Shown: piece by piece, positions 1 to 11,050 of the stretch
Layout: each line of letters opens with the position of its first letter
Position numbering within the stretch: the stretch's first letter is position 1
DNA from: Mayamaea pseudoterrestris
Taxonomy: Eukaryota
Direction of reading: 5' to 3'
NCBI GenBank assembly: GCA_027923505.1
Contig: BROI01000003.1
Coordinates: 248,001 to 312,000 of the forward strand
Length of the DNA stretch: 64,000 nucleotides
Notes under the pieces: model-generated
Seen by the model: the letters and a program-made list of their open reading frames with translations, nothing else
Database searches by the model: none
What the model was told of the DNA's origin: nothing
Program-made: the position numbers and the translations under genes

Positions 1-1606
1 ACGGCGAAAGCGTTTCGTAGGAGAATCCAACACTGACGAATAAGACTCCCGTTAGCAAAAAGCCATATAGTTGCAACCGAAAGCGCCCAATCGCCTCATG
101 ATCTAGCAACAAGGCCGCTCCAAAATATCCACAGAGCGCCACCAACGAGTTGAGCGTGGCGGCTTGGGCAAACTGCCACAACGACGTTGTTTCTTGGCCC
201 GTCAGTGCCAATATAAAGGTGCTTTGAAAGAGCTTGTTGCCGTAAAAGGCAACGTCCCACAGCATCCAGCAAAACGACACGCCAAAGAGGCGGACGCCAA
301 AGTGTTGAAGCAGCAACATGTTGGTGCTAGCTTGCGGTGTTTTGGCGTTGCCATGTTCGGTCTCTTCGTACATTGGCGCTTCATTTAACATGACGTAAGC
401 ATCATCCACATCATGATCATATCGGACAGCGACGGATGGCGCCGATAGCGAGCTAACGGAGCTCGACGACGGACTCGGTTGCGGCAGCGGCCGGTGATTG
501 CTGGCATGTTGCTGCAAAAGTATCGCTGGTGCAGCAGCAGCAGCAGACAAGGTTGCGTCGTGATTGTCTTGGTGCTCGTGTCCTCTGGTAGAGCAAATAA
601 CGTTGGCTGATGCTTGTTGCTCGCCTTGGTGCAGCGTCAATGCTGCCGCCAGCATGTGTTGCTCTCGCTCATCCTTGTCCGTTTGCCAGGCTTGCGACTC
701 GCTCAAATGTTGACACCGACTCACCAAGACGTACGTCAACACGATTGCACCAATGCCATACATACAGCTCCATATGAATTGGAGGCGCGCCTTGTCGTAG
801 TTTTCGGCGCCGTTGCTGGTTTGGCCCGTCAGAAGGAGCAGCACCATCATGACGAGCGAGTTGCAAAAAATACCCACGCCCTGCATGCAAAAGACGAGTT
901 GGACGGCTCGACCGCGGTTCTGCTTTATTGCGTTTTCATTGTTTGGTTTTACTATTCCGTCATGTGTTGATTGCTGGCGCCTCGCTTCGGTTGCTGCAGA
1001 TTGTTGTTCGTTTTCTATGGTTCGCTCCGACGCTGAACTTGCCGAAAGCGGATACTCGCCTCCCACTCCAATGCCAAAGACGAACAAGAGTATTACCATG
1101 CACTGCACTAATTGTTTCGGACGAGATACCAATGATACGCTTGCCAGTGTCAAACCAATCGCACCCGTCGCCATGAGACTCGCCGTGGCAATGGATCCAC
1201 TCCGTCGACCAACGCGATTCGCCAGCAACCCAAAACCAACCATGCCAAACATGACACCAACAATGACACTATACGTCAGTGACTGCACGAGAGTGATGGA
1301 ACATTCGTCATTAGTGTCAAAGCAACTCGGCATGATTTCACTCCACAGCGGCTGCAGCAGCCCCAAGCTAAAGAGCATGTAGGATTCACCAAACAGTCCG
1401 AGACCCGGCCAAGCGCTTTCATTGAGCCAATTTTGAAACAGTAGTGAATATGAGTTTGAGCTGTTGGAGTTGCCATCCATGCTGCTTTGGTGGTAATGGC
1501 AGTTGTTGTCTGGTGCGGCATCATGCTGATGGGCAGCAGCAATTGAGATGGATCGATTATCGCGAGTCAAGCTCTCGTCTGAAGAAATTATATTCGACGC
1601 CATCAT
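1..1606 (-). CDS. MFS inorganic phosphate (or glycerophosphodiester) transporter, PHT1/Pho84-like; 3' end runs off the window
   Basis: Manual minus-strand translation (absent from the ORF track because there is no stop in the window): GLFGESYMLFS, LANRVGRR, FGIGVGGEYPLSASSASE (matches the PHT1 GGDYPLSATIxSE signature), WMLWDVAFYGNKLFQS. First in-frame ATG after a TAG is at 1606; an upstream exon cannot be excluded. Confidence 0.85.
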   Translation of the reverse strand, partial: MMASNIISSDESLTRDNRSISIAAAHQHDAAPDNNCHYHQSSMDGNSNSSNSYSLLFQNWLNESAWPGLGLFGESYMLFSLGLLQPLWSEIMPSCFDTNDECSITLVQSLTYSVIVGVMFGMVGFGLLANRVGRRSGSIATASLMATGAIGLTLASVSLVSRPKQLVQCMVILLFVFGIGVGGEYPLSASSASERTIENEQQSAATEARRQQSTHDGIVKPNNENAIKQNRGRAVQLVFCMQGVGIFCNSLVMMVLLLLTGQTSNGAENYDKARLQFIWSCMYGIGAIVLTYVLVSRCQHLSESQAWQTDKDEREQHMLAAALTLHQGEQQASANVICSTRGHEHQDNHDATLSAAAAAPAILLQQHASNHRPLPQPSPSSSSVSSLSAPSVAVRYDHDVDDAYVMLNEAPMYEETEHGNAKTPQASTNMLLLQHFGVRLFGVSFCWMLWDVAFYGNKLFQSTFILALTGQETTSLWQFAQAATLNSLVALCGYFGAALLLDHEAIGRFRLQLYGFLLTGVLFVSVGFSYETLSP

Positions 1607-1972
1607 ATCCTACGATGAAATGGCTGTGAGTAAACAGAGTCTTGACAATGTATACGCTGCGTCCGTCGTTCTTTTGTAGGCCATGGTCGACATTGGCGAT
1701 TGTCTTGCCTTACACGTCTCACTGGCAACTTGACTGTTAGTTTTCATTCCCGCTTACATTCAGCTACCTGCTTGAGCAAATGACTTGGCTCGGGCAGGGC
1801 ATTGTAGAGTACATCCACAGTGGGTTGTAAATAAGCAGATAAAGTTCACATTTACTTTTTTAGATTTTGTGTCAGTAGCCTGGCAAGGGTAAGCCAACTG
1901 CAAACTCATCCCATTTGCTTACAGGCAATGCGCGTTGCGCCGCTTTTAGCACTGCTGCTCCTGCGTTTTGTG

Positions 1973-3926
1973 CTATCCTAGCAGGTTGCTTCGTACACAC
2001 AAGACTGGGTTTTCTCGCAGATGAAAGAACAAGCTGTTCAAGTCGTGCTGGACGGCGTGGAGCAATCGGTAGCCCTTGACGCGGTTTCCCGCGTCAACCG
2101 TCATGTAGGAGCGCCCCGCAGCGTTCAATGTGCGTAGCATGGCAAGAGTCACTTGAACGTCCTTGTACCAATACTCAATCGGATCATCCTCGTCGTCATT
2201 ATGTAGGGGCGCTTTGTTTTCGTCGTCGTCATCGTCGATATCATAGTGAAAGAGTATGCCCTCCTCGTCTCTCTTATTCAGTACCGTAAGATCAACCAGC
2301 AACGAACGGTTCGCTTTTAACGCGCTCAGAAATCGTGGCCCAGGTCGTGTGCGCTTCCATATCAACGTCTGGAAGGATAGATACAGCTTTTGCAGCCGCG
2401 ACACTTTAGAAGTGACGAGTTTCGTCATGGCCCTGTCAATTGCGTCCATGGAGGGATCGAGCATGAATGGCAAACTCAATTGGCAAAGGCTTGGACAATT
2501 CGATGCCGCGAGAATGAGCGACGGCAAAACGCCATCAACAACAATGCCGTTGATTTTGTTCCACACTCTCAAATTGATATCATCAATATCAAGTGTTTGC
2601 AGGTTCATACGCGGAAGATGTTGCGCCAACGTTGTAATGAAGCGTAACAGTTCAGCGCGTCGAGTCTCTGGCCAAAATGATATTCTCAGTTCGTCGACTG
2701 CAACGCTCGAGACAGCCTCGGCGAATCGGTTGCCATCACTCACGTGCAGATCTTCATCCATTGCAATAGTCATTTCGCGCTGCGGGCGTTGAGTCTCACC
2801 TCGCTCTTGGAGGTCACGGGCTAAATGCCGCACATTATCATCCACCATTTTCTTTACATGTTGATAAGAGGAGCCAAAGGTGCCAAAGTCGGCGATATAC
2901 AGGCGCTCAAGTGACATAATACTTCGCAGCGCCGGCAGAACAGTGCAGCAGGAGTCCACTGCCAGCCCGTAAGCCAGTAATCTCAGGCAGGGGTTTTTTC
3001 CGCAAAGCTCCCGCGAGGCTAATATAATCTTCGTCGTCTCTCGTCGACTCCAAATCAAGTCTGTATAGCCGCAAGTAACGGGTCTGCCGCATGATGCGAA
3101 TGGCAGCACTGACAGCGAGCATATTGTCGTCGCGACATTCGCAGTAGATTGTGACATCCTCGAGCGTGGGAATGGACGCCAATGTTTGGCACAACCATTG
3201 CCATCGATCATTGTACGCATCAACCCAAGGCATGCTTTCAAACGTAAGTTTTTCGATCAGTGAACTCTTCAACACACTCAAGTGCTGCGCTGCCTCATCC
3301 GTCGACAGCCTTTCGAACTTCTCCATATAGTCGCTACCAAAAGTCACGTGCAGTTGACGGGACTCAGCATGATCGCAAGACTTTCGATCTGATGCAGCGG
3401 CAGCTAGCTGTTGTGCTAGTTTATGTACCTTGCTCGCCCCGCAACACTTGTCGTTACTCTCAGTGTGTATGCTCCTATCCTCTCTATTGTGATACCTGTC
3501 TACGTAGCTAATGGATACCTTGACGGGCAAGCTTTGGTCCTCGCTGTCTGATGCGGGCAAGTTTGTGTCCTCGCTGTCTGATGCGGGCAAGATTTGGTCC
3601 TTGCTGTCTGGTGCTTTGAAAGCATAAATTGCCACCACTATCATCGCCAGAACCATTGCGCATCCAGTATAATATAAGGTGTATGGCGTACTTTCGTTTT
3701 CATAGAGCTCGGCAAGCCTTTCATAGAGGCAATCGAGTACAGGTAACCGCGCCTTTGAGGCGGCAATGCACTGGAGAAATCGATAAGATGGATGTTTTGC
3801 AGCACACATTCTTGAAAGTGCGCGCAACTGCAGCCGTCGATTTCGTCTTGTAGTCACATCTAACCCGCAATACTTGCGAATGATTCGCAAATCTCCAAGT
3901 TGGAGAGCAGCCGTTTTTTGCGTCAT
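1973..3926 (-). pseudogene. RNI/LRR-like diatom orphan-family protein with an N-terminal TM segment, split by one frameshift (pseudogene or sequencing error)
   Basis: ORFs 2907..3926 and 1973..3241 align consecutively to the adjacent paralogue 4131..5888 (DYISLAGALR|NPCLRLLAYGL vs DYTCLAGALQDCPSLRSLKYGL). The shift lies in an A6 run at ~2994-2999. Shared C-terminus LNxxGRSYM...LFFHLRENP.LC. Confidence 0.7.
3524..3612 (-). repeat. 30-bp in-frame tandem repeat, ~3 copies (PDSKDQIL / PASDSEDTNL / PASDSEDQSL)
   Basis: cgggcaag...gtcctcgctgtctgatg recurs with a 30-nt period. Confidence 0.85.
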
Positions 3927-4130
3927 TCCCGCTTGAGTATTCAGCTACTGTACGTGTAACTGCAGTCGGCTGGATATACGGACTACCGCGTAGACACAGC
4001 TGAATGAAAAAGGATCGCAAAGCATTCGCTTTTGGCAACCGCATCAAATCTAAACCTTGTGGGCAAAGTTGATTACTGAGTTTATTAACACTCTCATCTA
4101 AACTACGATAGTACCATTGGTCAGCTGCCA

Positions 4131-5888
4131 TTAGGGCTGACCACAGCGCCAGCACAATGGTGGGTTCTCCCGCAAGTGGAAGAAAAGGCAGTTTAAATTG
4201 TTCCCTGCCTTAACTAACAATTCAAACCCTTTGTTGTAGTCATTAGTATCACGCAGCATGTAGCTCCGACCCCACCTATTCAGCCGTCTCAGCATCGTGA
4301 CAGTTTGTTGCACGTTTTCACGCCAGAGTAGGTGGTCCTCCACGTCTTCTTCTTCATTGTCACCAACGTTCTGCAAATGCTGAAAACTGACATAGACACG
4401 GAGTGCGTAGTTTCTCTTCAACGCACAAAGAAAATTGGGCTCAGCTTGCTGGAGTTTGCCATTCCTGGTGATAATTGTAAGGCTAAGTGACTCCAGCCGG
4501 GAAATATGCGATTCAAAGAGGCACACCAAGGCATCATCCACGACTTTTGCGTAACGTCCAAGGGCTGGTATAGGAGGCAGCATCATTCTGCGCAGAGTCA
4601 GGCTTTTTGACGCTGAGCAAATGAGTAACGACAAAGCCTCAGCGTTCGTTGAGCCATATGGATTAATGTAGATTTCATGTATATCAAGTAGCTCAATATA
4701 TTCCATGGCAGAAATGTTCAGAGCTAGTGCGGATAGAAATTTTGATAACTCGGCGGTGCGAGCTTCAGGCCAGAATGATATATGTAGATCGTAAACCAAG
4801 GACTGCGAAATCGCTTCAGCTAAGCGCTTGCCATCCATCACGTGCAGATTTGTAAGAGATAATGAATCAGTTGCAATGTCTTCAATCCCGCCGCAAAATG
4901 CTTCAAAAGCATCCGTTGCCAAGATGCGAAGGCCATCCAATGCAAGTTTGCATATCCGACAGCCAGTTATTAGATTAGCGAGGGCATTTGCGTCTTCCAT
5001 AGCAAACCTTTCATGTTCGGAAAAATCGGGGGAAATCAAAAGACTGATTGGGGCGTTTCTTTGCAAAGAAGACAGAACTGCACGGTATGAATTCGTTGGT
5101 AAGCCATATTTAAGTGACCGCAAGCTGGGGCAATCCTGTAGAGCTCCGGCGAGGCAAGTATAATCGACATTGCCACCATCCAGCCACTGTGGACTACCAA
5201 CTGCTATAGTAAGGGTGTCAACATGCTGCAGATGCTGAATGGCAACAGATACAGCTTGTATGGTATCTGTATGACAATATATTGTGGCATCAGTAAGTGT
5301 TGGAATTGATCCTAGGGTCTGGCAAAACAATAACCACTTAGCTTGAAACCTTCCATCCGTTGGTAATTCCCAAAAGAGAACTTTGTTAATTGTTGCGTCT
5401 CGCAGCACCCTCAAAAGCTGTTCGGCTTCGCTGTCTACTAACGCAAAGAAGTGCCGCAAGTAGTCAAACTTAAACTCAACATGCACTTGCTGCGAATACT
5501 CAAAAGCAGAGTCGATTTTAGAGGCCGCGGCTGCGAGCTGCTCTTTGATAGTCCACACAAGACTCCTCCACGGGCGCCTCCAGTTAACTCTCAGTTCGAG
5601 CCGAGCAAAGTCACGACGGGCTTCTTTACGTGTCACCTTGTTCACGTAGGTAGTGTAGACTTGAACCCACTTACTAGCTTCATTTTCACAACAAGCAGTC
5701 AACACTGTCGCTAAAAGAAGTATAAATAGAAGATCGCATAAAAGGATGTAGTCTTTCCGACGAGGTGCGATCACTTTGCGCTGTTCAAGAATCGCATCGA
5801 TGCAATCGACAAAACTTTCGAGCCATGTGTTGAGCATGGATGAGAACCCAAACCGAAGCGGCAGCGGTGACGTCACGAAGACGGTCAC
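4131..5888 (-). CDS. RNI/LRR-like orphan-family protein, paralogue of 1973-3926; native 5' end replaced by LTR sequence
   Basis: 585-aa ORF whose first ~21 codons (MTVFVTSPLPLRFGFSSMLNT) lie inside the 5' LTR. Shares QLAAAAS, CQTLxSIPTL, ISFWPE and FFHLRENP with its neighbour. Confidence 0.75.
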   Translation of the reverse strand: MTVFVTSPLPLRFGFSSMLNTWLESFVDCIDAILEQRKVIAPRRKDYILLCDLLFILLLATVLTACCENEASKWVQVYTTYVNKVTRKEARRDFARLELRVNWRRPWRSLVWTIKEQLAAAASKIDSAFEYSQQVHVEFKFDYLRHFFALVDSEAEQLLRVLRDATINKVLFWELPTDGRFQAKWLLFCQTLGSIPTLTDATIYCHTDTIQAVSVAIQHLQHVDTLTIAVGSPQWLDGGNVDYTCLAGALQDCPSLRSLKYGLPTNSYRAVLSSLQRNAPISLLISPDFSEHERFAMEDANALANLITGCRICKLALDGLRILATDAFEAFCGGIEDIATDSLSLTNLHVMDGKRLAEAISQSLVYDLHISFWPEARTAELSKFLSALALNISAMEYIELLDIHEIYINPYGSTNAEALSLLICSASKSLTLRRMMLPPIPALGRYAKVVDDALVCLFESHISRLESLSLTIITRNGKLQQAEPNFLCALKRNYALRVYVSFQHLQNVGDNEEEDVEDHLLWRENVQQTVTMLRRLNRWGRSYMLRDTNDYNKGFELLVKAGNNLNCLFFHLRENPPLCWRCGQP

Positions 5889-6038
5889 ATTTAAGTAAGC
5901 GCGGTAAGCGGCAACCGAAGGAGTGGATCGAGGACGATCACTTCTTGGAGAAAATAAGTAAAGTGGTTTTATTGACTCTGTTCTGCTTAATCATTAGTGT
6001 CGCTTCAAGGGCGCGCAAGATATATTCTAGATCCAACA
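5828..6038 (+). repeat. 5' LTR (211 bp)
   Basis: TGTTGAGCATGG...TCTAGATCCAACA, identical to 10840-11050. Confidence 0.97.
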
Positions 6039-6052
6039 TTTTCTCCAAGAAG
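6039..6052 (+). promoter_or_regulatory. Primer-binding-site position; complementary to the element's own LTR rather than to a tRNA 3' end
   Basis: TTTTCTCCAAGAAG is the exact reverse complement of CTTCTTGGAGAAAA (5941-5954); no TGG start. Confidence 0.85.
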
Positions 6053-6065
6053 CGAGTGAAAAGAC

Positions 6066-9000
6066 ATGTCTTCGACGAGCAATACTCCGACGACAGGAGC
6101 GGCGTCGAGCGGTGGAGGTGCACCTCCCGCTCCGCCAGCAAGCGAAGGAAACCGACGCAACCGTCATTATCGTCGTGGGAATCGTGCTGGGAATCGTTCC
6201 GGGAATCAAGGCAATGGTAACAGACTCAACGGACCGAGTCGTGCGCCGAGTGGAAATTTCCAAGGAAGCGAGCCGACGCTCGCTGGATTCATCTACGACT
6301 ATAACGGTTCGCGCGATCCCGATGGATTCATCCGTACGACGAACGAGATCATCACTTTCGTCGGGCGCTCCTACAAGAAATATACCAAGGAGCTGCTCAA
6401 GGGCATGCGCAACGTGGAACTGGAGATTCCTGACGAGCCTGCACGTCCAACGAAGGATGCCGACACGACGGACTCGGACTGGTCCATAATGCTCGAGGAA
6501 TACAAGGCCGACAAGAAAGAGCATGTCGAGCGCGTGCGTGTATACTCCGACTTCCTCGCTGGTCTCTACGCCGTGTTGCATGGACAATGCACGGAGCGTA
6601 TGAAGGATCGTGTCAAGTCGCACGCCAAGTTCCGAGACGCCGAGGAGGACACGGACGGAATTAAGTTGCTGGCGATTATCAAGGAGATCTCGCATACGTA
6701 CGAAGGGCGCTGCAAACTTGTGGATCAAGTCGTGGACATTCAAGCTGAGTTGTTCGGACGTACTCAAGGAGCGCGCGAAAGCCTGCAGAAATATTACGAA
6801 AGCATGGTCACGCTGGCAGACGTGGCGAAGGCGGTTGGCGTCACGATGCACAACGAGATTGTGGCGTTGAACATTGCCAAGGATGACAATCGTAACAAGG
6901 CGAACAAGGAGGATATCAAGGCCGCCGAAGAGCTCGAGCTTGCGATGCTTTTCGTGCGTGGCGCAACGGGCGAATACGCTGGGTATTGCAAGCACTTGCG
7001 CAACTGCTACCTCGACGGGCACGACAACGTCCGTTTGACGATCCACGATGCATACAACATCATGCAGCGTCGTGAGCATGCGGATGGAGAAGCCACGTTG
7101 CCAACGAACGAGGGCGTGGCGTTTCACACGACTGGTACAGCGCGTGACCCTCCCAGATGCTGGACCTGTCAACAGGTTGGTCATGTGCAGCGAGACTGTC
7201 CTACGAGAACGGAGTCTACGGAGAGTGCGCCGGCTGCAGAGGCTAGTGGGGCGCAGCACTTCACGCTGGGTAGCGAGGAAGAAAGCGATGACGACGATGA
7301 GGTCGGATACATGTTCGCGCAGCCGCCGAAGGTGAACATCTCGAAGAAGGCTGTGCTCTTGGACAATCAGTCGACAGTGGATCTGTTCTGCAACGCCAAG
7401 ATGCTGACGAACATTCGCCCGGTGCCAACGTGGATGGTGATCAAGTGCAACGCTGGTACAGTAAGGACGAACATGATGGGCGACCTGGAGGGCTATGGTC
7501 CGGTGTGGTGGTATCCGCAGGGACTGGCGAACATTTTGAGTTTGGCGCAAGTCCGCAAAGAAGTTTACCGTGGAGTATCTCATGCACGGCGTGGATCGTC
7601 CAATGTTCGTTGTGGAGAAGCCGGATGGTAAGCAGCGAGAGTTTGTCGAGACTGACTCTGGGCTGTATGTTTGCGAGAGCTTTTCGAAGGGCAAGCGCAG
7701 CGATGTCAAGGATGGAGTGGCGATGTTGACTACGGTAGACGATAACCGTACTAACTACACCAATGATGACTATTTACGCGCTGTTAGAGCTAGGGAACTG
7801 CAAATCAAAATTGGACGGCCAAGCCTCAAGGATTACCTGCGCATCGTTACTAGCAATCAGTTGCCGAACTGTCCTGTGACGAAGGCCGACATCCTGGCTG
7901 CTGAGCACATCTTTGGACCAGATGTTGGCTCGTTAAAGGAAAGACGACGCGTCGCGCGTCGCATCTGGTGAAGCCTGCGATTGTTGAGCAGCTTCCACCG
8001 GCTATCATGAGTCGCTATCGAGACGTTACTCTTTGTGCTGACATCATGTATATCAACAAAGTCCCTATGTTGGTGACGTTCTCCCGCAGCATTCGTTTTG
8101 CTACGGTTGAGGTGATTCAAAACCGTACGCTTCCGGTTATGTTGAAGGCAATCGAGTCTGTGTTGAAGATTTACGCACGCGGTGGGTTCCGTGTCGTCGC
8201 GGCTCTGATGGATGGGGAGTTCGCTCCAATGCTTGGCGCGTTGGCTGATCTCGGAGTGGCGCTCAATGCGACATCTGAGGATGAACACGTTGGCGAAATT
8301 GAACGTTTTATCCGTGTCGTGAAAGAACGGGTGCGCGCGACATACAACACGTTGCCATTTAAGCACGTGCCGGCACGCTTGGTTATCGAAATGACGAAGT
8401 CTGCCGTGTTTTGGTTGAATGCGTTTCCGAACGAGCGTGGCATTTCGAAGGATCTCAGTCCACGCACTATTGTGACTGGTCAGACAGTTGACTTTAATCG
8501 GCATTGCAAGTATGAATTTGGTCAGTATGTGCAAACGCATGAGTCGCACAGCAATGACATGCAGGCGCGCACGATCGGTGCGCTGGCTCTGCGCCCGACT
8601 GGTAATGTGCAGGGTGGGTTTTATTTCCTCAGTTTGTCTTCGGGCAAAGTTCTGAATCGTGGGCACGCTACGCCTTTGCCCATGCCTGATGATGTCATTG
8701 AGCGCGTGCATCGTCTCGCTCGTCAACAGAAGGCCAATCCGGGCATCGTGTTCATGGACCGCCACCGTGTTGCGGAGGCTGCTGAGCCAGTCATGTGGCA
8801 CGAAGATGACGCCGAGGATGATGATGACTCTGATTATGATGACGACGCTTCTCGCGGTGACGACGACTCTGCCGGCGGAAGCGAAGGAGTGAATGCGACC
8901 GATGACGACGACGACGACGACGATGGTGCTGACGGCGCAATCGAAGGAGTGCCGAACGACGAGGATGGTGAGGCCATTGACGGCGAACTTGACGACGCGC

Positions 9001-10910
9001 CAGCCGTGGATGATGGCGAAATTGAAGGAGTGCCCGATGAAGGCGAAATTGAAGGAGTGCCAGCTGCTGCAGACGAAGAGGATTTCGATGCGCGCTATGG
9101 CCCACGCACTGGTCGGTATGGCCTGCGTGCGCGCAAACCTCGCTCGTTCGCTCATTTGTTCACGCTCGACGCTGCAGAGGAAGTGTCGGAGCCACTCGTC
9201 ACGGCACAGATGAATATGCGACAAGGTTTAAAGGCTTTTGGCGATGCTGGAGTGGAGGCAGTGCGCAAGGAAATGCAGCAGCTACGACAGCCACGTCATG
9301 AAGGTAGTCCCACAATGCACTCTGACTCCGCAGCAGCGCAAGGACGCTCTGGCGTATTTGATGTTTCTCAAGCGCAAGAGATGCGGGACTGTGAAGGGAC
9401 GCGGATGCGCGGATGGACGCAAGCAACGAGCATACACTGCAAAGGAAGACGCAGCATCTCCAACGATAGCGACAGAGGCCATCTTTCTGACAGCTATCAT
9501 TGACGCTATGGAAGGGCGCGAGGTTGCTGTGGTTGATGTACCGGGTGCTTTCATGCAAGCGGAAATGGATGAGTTGGTGCACGTTCGTTTCACTGGGAAG
9601 ATGGTGGAGCTACTGTTGGAAATTGATCGCGAGATGTACGAGCCTTGCGTCACAATGGAGAATGGCGAGAAAGTCATGTATGTTGAATTACTCATGGCGC
9701 TTTATGGTACGCTTCGAGCAGCGCGACTATTCTGGGAGAAGTTGTCCGCAAAATTGCTTGAGTGGGGCTTCGAGAAGAACCCGTACGATCCGTGTGTGTG
9801 CAACAAGATTGTCAATGGGAAGCAAATCACCGTGGGATGGCACGTGGACGATTTGAAGATTTCGCACGTCGACGTGAGCGTAGTGGATGAGTTCATCGCG
9901 CAGATGGATGAGGAGTTTGGCAAGGAGACTCCAATGAATAAGTCACGCGGAAAAGTGCACGACTACCTCGGCATGGTATTGGACTATACTAAGCCTGAGA
10001 AGTAGCAATCAACATGGTTGACTATGTGAAGAACATCCTGCATCATGCGCCAGACGACATGGATGGAACGGCAGCTACTCCGGCAGCCAGTCACTTGTTT
10101 CAGATATCGGAAAATCCTGTCATGTTGAGCGAAGCGAAGAAGCAGATTTTTGTGACGATTGTGATGCAGTGTCTGTATCTGAGTCAGCGAGCGCGACCGG
10201 ATATTCGCACAGCGATTTCTTTCTTGAGCACGAGGCTGCAGCAGCCTGACGAAGACGACTATAAGAAGGCTGCAAGAGTGATTAAATATTTACGCGGAAG
10301 CGTGGACATGGTGTTGACGCTGAAGGCGGACCAGTCCGGGATAGTCCAGTGGTGGGTGGATGCGTCGTACGCGGTGCACCCAGACATGAAGGGTCACACT
10401 GGTGGAACAATGACACTTGGCCAAGGATCAGTGTACAGTACGTCGGCTAAACAGAAGTTGGTAACAAGAAGCTCGACGGAGAGCGAAGTTGTGGGAGTTC
10501 ATGATGTGCTACCGCAGTTGCTGTGGACAGGATATTTTCTGAAGGCGCAAGGTTTCGGGGTCAAAGACACGAAATTGTATCAAGACAATATGAGTTCAAT
10601 GCTGTTGGAAAAGAATGGCAGAAGCTCAAGTACAAAGCGCACGCGACACATGAATGTTCGGTACTTCTTTGTGAAAGATCGCGTGGCAGCTGGTGAAGTC
10701 AACATTGAGCATTGTCCGACCGGAGACATGGTCGCGGATTTCTTCACGAAACCATTGCAGGGAGCCCAGTTTGGCAAGCTCCGCAACCTGGTTATGAATC
10801 TGGCCTCGAGCAGTAAGTACTACTCGGCCCAAAGGAGTGTGTTGAGCATGGATGAGAACCCAAACCGAAGCGGCAGCGGTGACGTCACGAAGACGGTCAC
10901 ATTTAAGTAA
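6066..10910 (+). CDS. Gag-Pol polyprotein (~1615 aa when restored) interrupted by 4 frameshifts
   Basis: Zn knuckle CWTCQQVGHVQRDC; protease LLDNQST; integrase CADIM..MDGEF..EHVGEIERFIRVVKER; RT DVPGAF..LYGT..WHVDDL; RNase H WVDAS..SSTESE..QDN..ADFFTKPL. Shifts at ~7558, ~7938, ~9285 and ~9997. Confidence 0.95.
10831..10839 (+). promoter_or_regulatory. Polypurine tract
   Basis: AAAGGAGTG immediately 5' of the 3' LTR. Confidence 0.8.
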
Positions 10911-11050
10911 GCGCGGTAAGCGGCAACCGAAGGAGTGGATCGAGGACGATCACTTCTTGGAGAAAATAAGTAAAGTGGTTTTATTGACTCTGTTCTGCTT
11001 AATCATTAGTGTCGCTTCAAGGGCGCGCAAGATATATTCTAGATCCAACA
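10840..11050 (+). repeat. 3' LTR (211 bp)
   Basis: Identical to 5828-6038; contains the Pol stop codon (TAA 10908-10910). Confidence 0.97.

Larger units (their letters stand above)
5828..11050 (+). mobile_element. Full-length Ty1/copia LTR retrotransposon (diatom CoDi-type)
   Basis: Two identical 211-bp LTRs with TGTTG...CAACA ends; gag-PR-INT-RT-RH order; PPT AAAGGAGTG. Confidence 0.97.

Noticed and set aside
164..1629. Plus-strand ORFs in the track (614..970, 813..1382 and others)
   Set aside because: Antisense shadows of the phosphate-transporter gene
2991..3002. A-AAA-AAC slippery-like sequence as a programmed -1 frameshift
   Set aside because: Restoring homology needs a +1 shift, and the paralogue is continuous here; a homopolymer indel is the simpler explanation
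7551..7570. Programmed gag/pol frameshift
   Set aside because: It lies after the protease motif and is one of four similar indels
6027..7709. 560-aa antisense ORF over gag/protease
   Set aside because: Shadow of the codon-biased sense strand; no motifs
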